Below, one piece after another: positions 20,244-32,587 of a stretch of 32,587 nt of DNA; the first letter of the stretch is position 1, and each line of letters begins with the position of its first letter. A program made the translations under genes and the position numbers. Source of the stretch: Conidiobolus incongruus B7586. Lineage: Eukaryota. The notes beneath the pieces were generated by a model. That model was given only the letters and a program-made list of their open reading frames with translations, did not search any database and was not told where the DNA came from. Location: the NCBI GenBank assembly GCA_000697335.1, contig JNEM01011054.1, forward strand, positions 1 to 32,587, in the 5' to 3' direction.

Positions 20244-21065
20244 TTAGATTAACTTCTTAGTTTTGAAGAAAGTTCTAAGGTAGAGAACTTGCCAAGCGCC
20301 AACCAACAATAAAATACCAATAGCTGCCAAATTGAAACGGTGGATGCGAGTGTTAGCAAGTTCTAAAACATTTATTAGCTATATTTAATAAATATGAATC
20401 GATAGTATTACCGTGGTGAGCTTGTTTATCAACATTATTCCTCTTTAAATAGTCCATAGTATACATGACTGACCTAATAGTGCCTTCCAATTTTAGTAAT
20501 TCTAATTCTTTGGGTTTTAACTTTTCGGCTTTGGCAATAACTTCATAATCTTCGTAAGTCTTGCCGTAGCTTATCTTCAAACTGATAGAGCGGTAGAGTT
20601 GGTCAGAAGGATAAACATCTAAATGTCAGTGTGTGAATATTTGGAAGATTGGAAGTGAATGGCAAGTGAAAATACCTTGGGTGGTAATATAATTGACAAA
20701 ACAGAAATAAACTTCACCATCTTGATGGGTTGTGAAATCTACTTTGTTTTCTGTGACATCCTTAACTGAACCATATTTATTAGGGGGATCGGCCATGTCA
20801 GATACCTAGGAATGAAATTAACAAATATTCATTACTTTTATAAAATAACCTAATATACTTCAAATTCAACACGTTGATTTCCGGCGGTAGGAGAGCTAAC
20901 GGTAGCAATAATGTGAGAATCCTTCATAAACCACATAGAAGCACATTTTTTGGTGGGTTGGTGAGAGGGACTAGCATGAAGGTCAAAATTTAGAGTAGAA
21001 TCAGCTAATACACTAGTAAAAGGGAGTAAACCCAAAGTTACGATTAAATTTTTAAAGAATATCAT
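20244..21065 (-). CDS. ERV25: p24/emp24 family cargo receptor, delta subfamily (TMED10/Erv25-like), 4 exons
   Basis: Signal peptide, GOLD-domain Cys pair (KKCASMW...VYFCFVN), DYEVIAKAEKLKPKELELLKLE coiled-coil, TM helix and C-terminal WQVLYLRTFFKTKKLI dilysine tail. Confidence 0.92.
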
Positions 21066-23764
21066 TTTATATGTTTCTCAATTAAGAATTATTCAATATC
21101 TTTGAATTGGGACGTATGTTGATGATGTGGAATTATTTATTATATGGAATTTGAATAGGATTTATGGGTTAATTTTAAGTGAATTTAACCTAATATTGGT
21201 TGAAATGTTGGTACTTTTGATTGGTTCATTTTAACATCTCTCAATACAAACTATATTATGAAACTGAATTAATAGGAATTTATGCTAATTTATTGTCTTT
21301 ATTTATAAAAAACAATCTATTATATAATGATAAATAGAACAGAGATTATAATTATATTATTTTCAATATCTTAATGAATTTTTTCATAACCATATTAAAA
21401 CATGAAATTATATTTTTTTTGTTTCAACTCGATTGACAAATCACTTAGCAATATCAAATTAATTATTTCCAATCAGACTATATATTCACAACTACCATTA
21501 TACATGTATCAAAACTTCGAAAACTTTACAATTAATTCAATTATACAATCACAACAATAATTTTTACTAAATTTTTAATCTATTGAATGAATATAAATTT
21601 TACAATTTTAATGGGTGTCAAACCAATTTGAATCATAATTTATTAATATTAACAAATTTACTATGTTAATAATTATGACTATATTGCTAAAATTATTCAT
21701 AGATTACCAAGTCATGAAATCTTAACTATATACATCTTTTTTTTCAATTTTACTTAATCATTATAGTTTGCCGCTTTTGAAAAATATTCAATTACATTTC
21801 AAAAAATTTTACAAACCAAAATTTTATTAGAATGGTATCCTAATAATTTTATGTTTTGCAATATTTCAGACTAGAAATTAAATATATTTTCAAAGTACTT
21901 TGCTTTTGAAAGATTAATAAGATATAGTTTTCAATTGTGAGCATCATAGTATTTGGGTATACTAAGTATAGGAAAACTAACCATTTGATTTAATAAATTT
22001 TCATCAATTTTCAAGTGTCCCAAATATTTTAGAGAAAAAGCAAAATATTCAGTTTAATCCACAAAATAGCATTGAATTAGTCGATTGTATTGTGTGTCAA
22101 TAGTAAATTCATTATGCAACAAATTTTAAACTATTATGAATGCTAAATTGATAACCAATTTATTTATAATAGGAATCAAATAGAAAAATTTAATTTAAAA
22201 TAGACTAAAACATTATTCCTTGCGAAGAATAGCAATAACTAATTTATAAAAATAATTAGATATTGTATTAGCATATATATATATTCTGAAAACTTTCGCT
22301 CATTGCATATTTATATTACAAATACGGGTTTTGGGAAAACGACATAAAATAAAAATAGTATTTAGCTATTTAATCCATCAATATTAGTATTATAAAATTA
22401 AACAAAAGTTATTGGCAATTATAAATATTAGCTCTAAATTTTTCTAGTTAATTTGAATTTACACGATTTTGTTAATTGAAATATATATTAAAATAATATA
22501 ATTTATAGGAATATCATTAATATTTAGATATATAATTTGATATTTGTCAAATAAAATGGATTATATAATAATGAAAATAGTTGTGTATATTATATATTAG
22601 AATTTTAAATCAATCCAATACAATTAAATATATATTACTAAATTTTCTGGACGTCTTGTCATTATCCAGATTAATATTGCTAAAGTCAATCCGCAGCGTC
22701 AAATTTATTCGTTCTTAAATGGGAACTGTGCATGTTACTCTTCTTGTAATAATGCTCTAATATACTTTAGTTTTAGATATTTTTCTATTAAATAATATTT
22801 TAAAATTAATAGTGATAGATAAAATTCTTTCTTTAATAAACGTAATTTGAATTTTATCAATATTTTGATCTTGATATTGTGTTTGTAATTATAAAATTTT
22901 GAAATTTTATCTTGACTCTTCCATTTTGATTCATTAAATTATATAATTTAGTTTTATAATTCATAGTAATCACCTTTATTTTGTACATTTTTTTCCAATC
23001 AAATAATTGATTTTTGACATATTCTAAAAATCAATATATAAAACCGTAAATAAGTTTTGATAGTATTGAATTTTTGAATATTTATGTTTTGATGGATTTA
23101 CAAATATCATTTATTAAATCAAAATTTAAATATATTTTAAACTTATCTATTAGACGTAACATCACTTCTCTCCAACTTTTTGATAATATAGTCCAATGTT
23201 AGCTCTCTTCATATTTTAATAAAAAAGTTTTTGGACCTGAAGAATTTGGGATGTTTTTTATTTTAAATGCATTTCATATATCTGTAGATATATTTGTGTA
23301 AAATTTGGAAATAAAAATATAATGTGAAGTAGTCTATTTTTGTATATAATGAGTTATAGTTGTAATAGTAATTGATAAATTTGAAAATTTACATTTGAAC
23401 TCAATAAAAATAAAATTATGATTGTAATATTATTGAATAACAGATTTTCTTGATTAAATAGAGTTATAATAAATAAAAAATAGTCTAGTAATATTAATTT
23501 TAAAATTTATATACATTCAATTTAAAAAAATTGATAAATTTGATATTATTATTACTATATTTTTTGTCTAATTTTGATTAAATTTTACATTAATTTGCTT
23601 GATTCCAAAAATATTTAAAATTTTAATATTGAAATCAAATCAATGATCCCATAATAAAACTTAATAAACTAAATATTGGATTTGACTTGGTATTAGAATT
23701 CAAATAAATTTACAATATAAATTAAACAACTAATCTATTAATATCAAATAAAAAATAAATAATC

Positions 23765-25294
23765 ATGGCATCATATAATCCAGCACTTGCCAACCCAATA
23801 GGAGGTGGTGGAGACTATTATGTAGCCAAAGTGGAAAGTCAACATGAAATCATTTTACATTTGATGGATCCTAGGCATGCTGCCACTACACTATTTAAAG
23901 CAGCTCATATTAAACCTGAAGATTATAGCTGGACTAAGATTAACCAACCTCCAGGTAATATGTTTAATTTTATTCTTTCTAAATGTGCTACTAAATGAAT
24001 AAATTTAGAAGGAAAATGTTATATTATTAATATGTCGACTATTGATAAATTACCTGATGATGGGTAACAATATTTTACTATTATTTATTCACATTTTATT
24101 AATTTAACCTAAAGTTACACTTGGATTAATGCTGAGCATAAACAGAAATTACCTTTACAGCACAATATGGTAATTTTATTTTCTTAATATCCGATATTAT
24201 AGACAAATAATTATTTTTATTCAGCATCTAGTAATTGGTGAGACTCTCAATGGTGTCAAACCTGGTGAAAAAATGCCAACGATGGCTAAAATGAGATATT
24301 ATTTCGAAACTCCTGAACCTAGAACCAGTCAAATTCAATTAATTCATTATTTGCCATTGAGCGCAAGTAATAATTATATAATTATTCTCAAACATTATCA
24401 AATTTAACTGATTTGAAAATATAGTCACAAGGCACAGACAGATGAATCCAAGTTTATTGAATCCTCAGGCGATGACTAGTATACCTCCTCATCCCACCCA
24501 TCCTTCCCAATTACCTATGAAACCACAAATGCCCCAGATGCCTCAAATGCCTCAAATGCCCCAGATGTCACAGATGTCACAGATGCCTCAGATGCCTCAG
24601 ATGCCTCAGATGCCACATCCTGTCAATTATCCACCTCCCAATCAAAAATATAAAAAGAAGCCTAATATCAAAGGACCTCATGACCCTCGCATGGCAGGTC
24701 CAGGAGCTCCACATGGAGGAGTGCCTGCCGACCCCAAAGTGCAATACCCAGGTGGCGACGAACTGGATCTAATCACATCTAAAGAAGTGTCGCTGTACCG
24801 ATACATGCGAAATCACAACTGGATGGAAGATATCTTTAGTCCCATATCAGTTAGTAAGTTCACTTCCCCCCAACTCCACCATAAATCAATATTTATAATT
24901 GAATAGGTAAACTTCCAGTGCCCGAACCATACTTCAAAGACGCCAAAGTGGACAGTCTTAAAGAACTATTAAAAAACTGTCAGGAACTCAACGCTCAACT
25001 GAGGTCCAATGCCAAAAACGAGGAGTATTCCGACAAAATTAGCAACCATAGCCAACTATTCAGTCAGTTGTCTAGTATTAACACGATTGAAGTAATTCAA
25101 ATGGCTCATACATTGATAATTAAATACTAATATATTTTTAGGAATTGAATAACTTCAAAGCCAGGGAACTCAATTTCCTCACTCCCATAGACACAGAGAC
25201 TGTGTCCGGTCCCAAACCGACACCTATTCAGGAGTGTGGCGAAACACCATTCAATACAGTACCCAGTCCCACTATTCAAATTATGAAAATATAA
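23765..25294 (+). CDS. SSR4: SWI/SNF and RSC complex subunit Ssr4-like (DUF1750 family), multi-exon
   Basis: N-terminal domain with LPDDGYTWINAE...MRYYF...IQLIHY and C-terminal GGDELDLITSKEVSLYRYMRNHNWMEDIFSP, resembling Ssr4 motifs. A Pro/Gln/Met linker lies between them. GT-AG introns keep the frame. Confidence 0.8.
24523..24615 (+). repeat. 9-bp coding tandem repeat encoding about ten (P/S)QM units
   Basis: CCNCARATG/TCACAGATG units translate as PQMPQMPQMPQMPQMSQMSQMPQMPQMPQMP. Confidence 0.9.
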
Positions 25295-26225
25295 TAGTAG
25301 TAATAGTTTTGTGTAATTGTAATCAACTTTTTAATTAAACAATCTTTTTTAAGGATATCATTTTTGATTTATAAATTGGAATTTGAAAATTAAATCACTT
25401 ATTACTATATTTCAAATCTTCATCATTTTTTTTTTCAAAATTTAAAACATCCTACTGAATAATTAATTTCATTTTTAAAATTGATTATTTTACTTTGAAT
25501 AGTCTGTTATTAAAATATTTATTATATTAAGTTGTAATTCATTTAGATATATAAATAAACTTTAAATTTAAATTGAATAATATTTGATTTGAGAGGATCT
25601 GTAATATCTTGGATCAAACTAATAGTTTTAACAAATATTAAGAATTTTAGAATTTAAATGATTTATCTTATATGGTATGTAATTTATTTGATTTACCAGT
25701 TTTGAATTCTATCTAAAATTTTCAAATTGAATTCTTCCAAGAATAGTATTTCAAATATTTTTCCATTCCTTTATATGTTATGTTTAAAAATTCACCTAAT
25801 TATCTGTCCACACATTTATAATCAATTAAATAATTGATTATAAATGATTATAATTTGAAAGGTATTAAAACTGCATATAAACTTTTTTCATATTTTTTTT
25901 AAATTATATCTTAAGTAATAGATTTCATTGTTTTAACATAATGTAAACGATCTATTTGGTAAAAGATGTTAATAAAATAAAATGATATTTTTGTAATTAG
26001 CAAATAAAATTATTATTAATTTATCATCTTTAATGATTTAAAATATCAATAAATATATATTGAGGAATTGATCCCACAATTAATTTCACCACAACTCTAA
26101 ATAATTATTTTATTCCATGTAAAAATTCAAGTCACTCAAATTTTATTAAATATCAAAATCCAATACAATCAAAAATCTACTTAAATATAAATACTATACA
26201 ATAATTTAATCAATATAATAAATTT

Positions 26226-28781
26226 ATGAATCCTGCAAAATTAACCTCCGATAACAACACGAATTTAGTAGGCGATTTAATCCAAAATTTACGTTTAGAA
26301 GATGACGATTTTGACCGTTGGAAATTGGAAGAATTACTATTAAAAGAGTTATCAAGTTTAGAAACTGTAAAATTATACATATATTATATAATACTGTATT
26401 AATATTCTGTTAGGCCAATATCGATGCAGTGTTGACTACAGAGAATCAAGTTAATCAAATTTTACAAGGAGTGGATAAAACATTGCAAGCTTTAGATCAT
26501 GTGGACAGTTGGTTAACCGTTTATAAGACGGAATTAGACGTAAATATTCTTAATGTTCATTAATTTATTTTATTATTAATATGAGTAACAGTCTTTGAGC
26601 GATGATATTTTTCAAATTCAAACGCTTAACGAAATGTTACAAGTTCAAAGTCAGAATCAATTAAAATTATTGAAAGAATTGGAGTTAGTTTTAGTAATAA
26701 TATATGAGTTTATTTAAAAGAATATATTATAATGAATTTACTAGGGTCAAACCACTGTACCTAACGATTTATCCGACGTATTGGGTAAAGCTCACTTCGA
26801 CAGTGAGAGTGAAATGAAGAGTATTATGATTGCTGCAGCTAGTCTTCAGAGGTGTTTGAAGACGAAGTATGATGATGGTAAAATCAGTTTAATATATTTA
26901 ATGAATCTGACTAATTCTAGTTAAAAGGCACCGCGTCCATGAAAGCTGTTAACGAACAAATAGATTTAACTTCGCTGCAATCGAGTAATTTTTCGACGCG
27001 TTGCTTTGAATACCTCAAAGTGATGTTTGCTTTTCAAGTAAATTTTGTTATAAACATATTGGATTGCATTTAATACTTGCACTAGGTTGATTCAGCTTTA
27101 AACGATGCTTCAAAAGGTGGCAAACTCCGCATCGATATGAAATCCATTAAAATGGAGCTCTCCAAATACCGCGGTCTAACCCTATGGCTCAAGGAAATGG
27201 ATCCCAGAAGACATACCGAACTCCAAATGTCGTACACATCCTCCATTGCCAAGATTTATACTTCCGAATATCGCCACCTTCCGGAAACTTTTCGTAGTTT
27301 GGCTATTATTAAACGACCTGTAAGAGTAGAAGGTGCCGATTATTTGTTCAGTCACGCTCAGGGAGGTTCCAAGCTGGGGCCTTCGTTGCATAAGAGATCC
27401 AACAGTGATTTGGCTGGCGATAATCGAAGACCTGCAGATATTGTAATATTATTTATAATTACATAAATATAGACTAAGCTTATTATTAAATAGGTATTGG
27501 GAGAAGTTCTCAACGTCGTAATACCCGATGTAATCAAAGAGCAAAACTTTTTCTGCATATTATTCCACATCGGCAACAATCCCGACGTCGATTTCCAAAC
27601 GTGGGTTGAACAAATTAATGAGCATCCACCTCTAGGCGATTCCGACCTCTTCGCCCTCAAAGCCGTGAGCAAAGACATTCGAATCCGCAAAAAGTTGAGT
27701 GAAAATATGGCTCGCATGTTTGACGGATTGCCCCACGAATTGACGGAATTGTGCGAAATGTTAAACAATCACGATCCTACACTATTGATTCCATTTTTGA
27801 CGAGAATTGAAATCTTTTTAGAGAAAACAACTGATACAAATCAAGAGTTTTTACATAGTATTTTGCAGTCGTTGGTCAAGAGGGCTAGGGATCAATTTGA
27901 TCTGTTCATTGTATTTTATATTATTTAGTTCGTTTGATTTTTGTATTGAACTTATTTTTTCATTTAGGAGGAGCAAGTACGTGCTATTAAAGATTCTCAT
28001 TTAACTGTTAAGAAAAGAAGTGGTATCCTTTCGTTCTTTAAACCTTTCCCTGTAACTGCAAAAATCAATAACCACATCAATATATCATTTTAATTTTTTA
28101 TATTTATAGATATTATTGGGTAGATTAGAAGGCTTTCTAGGAAATTCCCAAACCCAAATCCGGGACCAAGTAAACAAAGCATACAAAAAGATCATTCTCG
28201 TCATGTTCGAAAATCTCGAAGCTAGCGCACGAGCGTCTGAAGCTGGAGGCCACGACGAAAAGGAGCAACTGAACCTACACGTTATTACTCTCGAAAATAT
28301 GCACCACTTCTACAGTGAAACCAGAGGCTTAAACAAGAATCCCATCATTAAGCAATTTAATCAACAAGCTAAAGAAGCCTACGAACACCACTTGAATCTA
28401 TACACTCAAAACATTATTAGTCGTCCTCTAAAACGCCTGCAAGAATTCTTCGACGGTATTGAAACCTTGTTGAAGAGTGAAACTCCTGAAGAGGTCACAT
28501 TCCACGTATCTTACAACAAACAATCTCTCAAATCGCTCATCAAAACACATCCAAGCGAAGATATCCGCAAAGGAATTGCCAACATGTACAAGAGAGTCAT
28601 CAAGCATATGGGCGAAGAAGAGCGTCTTTTCCAAGTGGTTTGGCGCAATATTCAACAGAGTTTCCTGGACGAATATACACGATTTACGAAATTGATGCAA
28701 CGTTGCTATGGTGAATCCAATGCCAGTTTTGAATTTAGTGTTCAAGACTTGTTGCAGTATTTTAGTAATGCAAGTCGATAA
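26226..28781 (+). CDS. SEC3: Exocyst subunit Sec3 (EXOC1) homolog. 9 exons: 26226-26366, 26414-26539, 26592-26693, 26745-26877, 26928-27037, 27086-27442, 27494-27910, 27968-28051, 28110-28781; 713 aa
   Basis: Coiled-coil ELSSLETANIDAV...WLTVYKTELDSLSDDIFQIQ..N..LQVQSQNQLKLLKEL, plus YRGLTLWLKEMDP, EQNFFCILFHI, KKRSGILSF, ENMHHFY, RPLKRLQEFFDGIE and LFQVVWRNIQQ, all typical of Sec3. Confidence 0.9.
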
Positions 28782-29029
28782 ACTTTATTTTCAGTATTTG
28801 AAACTTTTTTAATTTCAAATTTAATATTATTAATTACATATATTTTTTTTAAAATGGATAATAAACAATTTTTGAACATAACTTAGTTTAATTGATATAA
28901 AATTTAATACTTTCATTGAAATTTTTTCAATAATTATCAATTTTATATTATCAAATAAATAATTCCAACAATTAAGTTATAATATTGTTCCAATGAAATA
29001 AGTAATTTTATATATATATCAATGACTAA

Positions 29030-30612
<1,583 letters not shown>

Positions 30613-32096
30613 TATTATTTAATATATTTTATCTAAATTTTTGAATTTCTTTAATAAATAAATTTTTAAAAAATTATAAATAAGATTTTAACCAAAATTA
30701 ATTGAATTATATTAATTAATTATGTAATTGCTATTATTATTATTACTTTTTAATTGGAAATGGTACTTTTTTAACATAAAGTAATCAGTTAATTGAAATT
30801 TATTGAAATTTTGTTGATAATTATTTTATGGGTTTATAATATTAAGCTGCTTTTTAAATTGGATAAACTCGTTTTTTTAAAATCACATATTAGAATTAAA
30901 CTGAATGACAAATTACTTATTCACTTATTACTAATATATTCCATAGTTATAACAATTAATTAACATGTTTGATGTCCAACTGTTTAAGTTGCATATATAT
31001 TTTCAATCTTTTGATTTTAATATCCAATATATTCTATTCGACGTTAATTTCTCTAAACTTTGGCAAAATTTTAATAATATATAGATCTAATATATAATAA
31101 TTTATTAAATTTTTGAAATCTTGTTTAAAAAATAATAGTTTTTAATATCATAGGATTGATTTTATATTATTTTTGGAAATTTATTAAGAATGATATAAGT
31201 ACAATTATTAAAATTTATTGATTTCCCCATTCGTAAAGATTGTCTATTTTCCAATCATTTTATGCATTTTTTCTATCAACAATATATTATTAATCAAGGA
31301 ATTTATTTTAGTTATAGTTTATATGGCCTGAACTTAATGGTAATATTATTTTGAGATTGATTTAATCTTTTTTGATATGCTTTTTATTCAATACTAAAGT
31401 TTAAATGATCTATTAATTGAAACAACTTGATTTTATATCGAAAATTGGTTAATTATCTAACAATTTCATAAGAATTCCTTGTTAATTGATATTTAATATA
31501 TTTGGCCTATTTAAATAATGCTCTATTTTTATTCCTAAAGAATCTAAAAATTTTATTAACTATTGCAAAAATAGGTAATCTTTTAATTTCGACTCTATTA
31601 AGTATTGAATCATTTGGTACTATATGCAAATTGTATAATATATTTGTACAAAAGAATATATTAAGGAATACCGAATTATTTCAATTTTTAGCTTAAGCCC
31701 TCTATTTTTATTATACTGATATATTCAAAGGCATATAATCAATTCAATAATTTTAGCTCTCATATTTGAGAAAAAATATTGCTAAAATATATTTGAATCA
31801 CATCATAATAATTTAACGACTTTTTTGCAAGTAGTTAGATATTTCAAATTGGAGCTTTTTTAAATATTCTGTATTTCAAATTATATCATATGCTTCTTTT
31901 GAATATTTCACTGTAATTCATAAAAAAATCTCTTAATATCAAATATCTCTGTATTTCTGAACTTGTAAATTTCAATAATGTTCATTATTGATAAAAACTG
32001 AGCTGAATTTTAATTTTTTTTATTTATAATGAAATTAACAAATTTAAAAATTCTAATTGAAAAATTAATGAAAATTTGGAATCAAATTGAGAAATA

Positions 32097-32587
32097 CTAC
32101 AACGAATTTTCAGCACTAAACTCCAAACTTGAGTTATACTCCCAATAATAGCAACGTTGCATCAATTTCGTAAATCGTGTATATTCGTCCAGGAAACTCT
32201 GTTGAATATTGCGCCAAACCACTTGGAAAAGACGCTCTTCTTCGCCCATATGCTTGATGACTCTCTTGTACATGTTGGCAATTCCTTTGCGGATATCTTC
32301 GCTTGGATGTGTTTTGATGAGCGATTTGAGAGATTGTTTGTTGTAAGATACGTGGAATGTGACCTCTTCAGGAGTTTCACTCTTCAACAAGGTTTCAATA
32401 CCGTCGAAGAATTCTTGCAGGCGTTTGAGAGGACGACTAATAATGTTTTGAGTGTATAGATTCAAGTGGTGTTCGTAGGCTTCTTTAGCTTGTTGATTAA
32501 ATTGCTTAATGATGGGATTCTTGTTGAAGCCTCTGGTTTCACTGTAGAAGTGGTGCATATTTTCGAGAGTAATAACGTGTAGGTTCA
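32097..32587 (-). pseudogene. SEC3: 3' end of a second, inverted SEC3 copy (runs off the window), with a diverged tail and an earlier stop
   Basis: 32148-32587 is the reverse complement of 28270-28709 with only two differences seen. The tail reads YWEYNSSLEFSAENSL*YFS versus GESNASFEFSVQDLLQYFS. It could also be a functional, slightly truncated paralog. Confidence 0.7.

Noticed and set aside
31502..31696. 64-aa plus-strand ORF
   Set aside because: TTG start, AT-driven composition and no motif.

Overview
This window is very AT-rich eukaryotic DNA with short introns (~50-60 nt). The gene set and style point to an early-diverging fungus; a Conidiobolus/Entomophthoromycotina-like source is an inference only. 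From left to right it holds: an internally deleted DD34D mariner element with both TIRs and TA target duplications; an HSF-domain transcription factor; two tandem Pus1/TruA-family pseudouridine synthase paralogs; ATG17; an intronless PPR-like protein; mitochondrial ferredoxin; a secreted Pro/Tyr/Asn/acidic repeat protein; ERV25 (p24-delta); SSR4; a SEC3 apparently lacking its N-terminal PH domain; RVB1; and an inverted partial SEC3 copy that is almost identical up to a sharp breakpoint. The most unusual signal is intron 3 of both PUS1 paralogs. It is best read as a non-canonical AT-AC intron with a U2-like donor (AAG|ATAAGT...YTTTAC|ATT). In both genes a hairpin sits 4 nt after the putative branch A and 6 nt before the AC acceptor. 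Competing GT-AG splicing to the nearest YAG gives premature stops. This is a candidate structure-controlled, possibly autoregulatory, splicing switch for an RNA-modifying enzyme.
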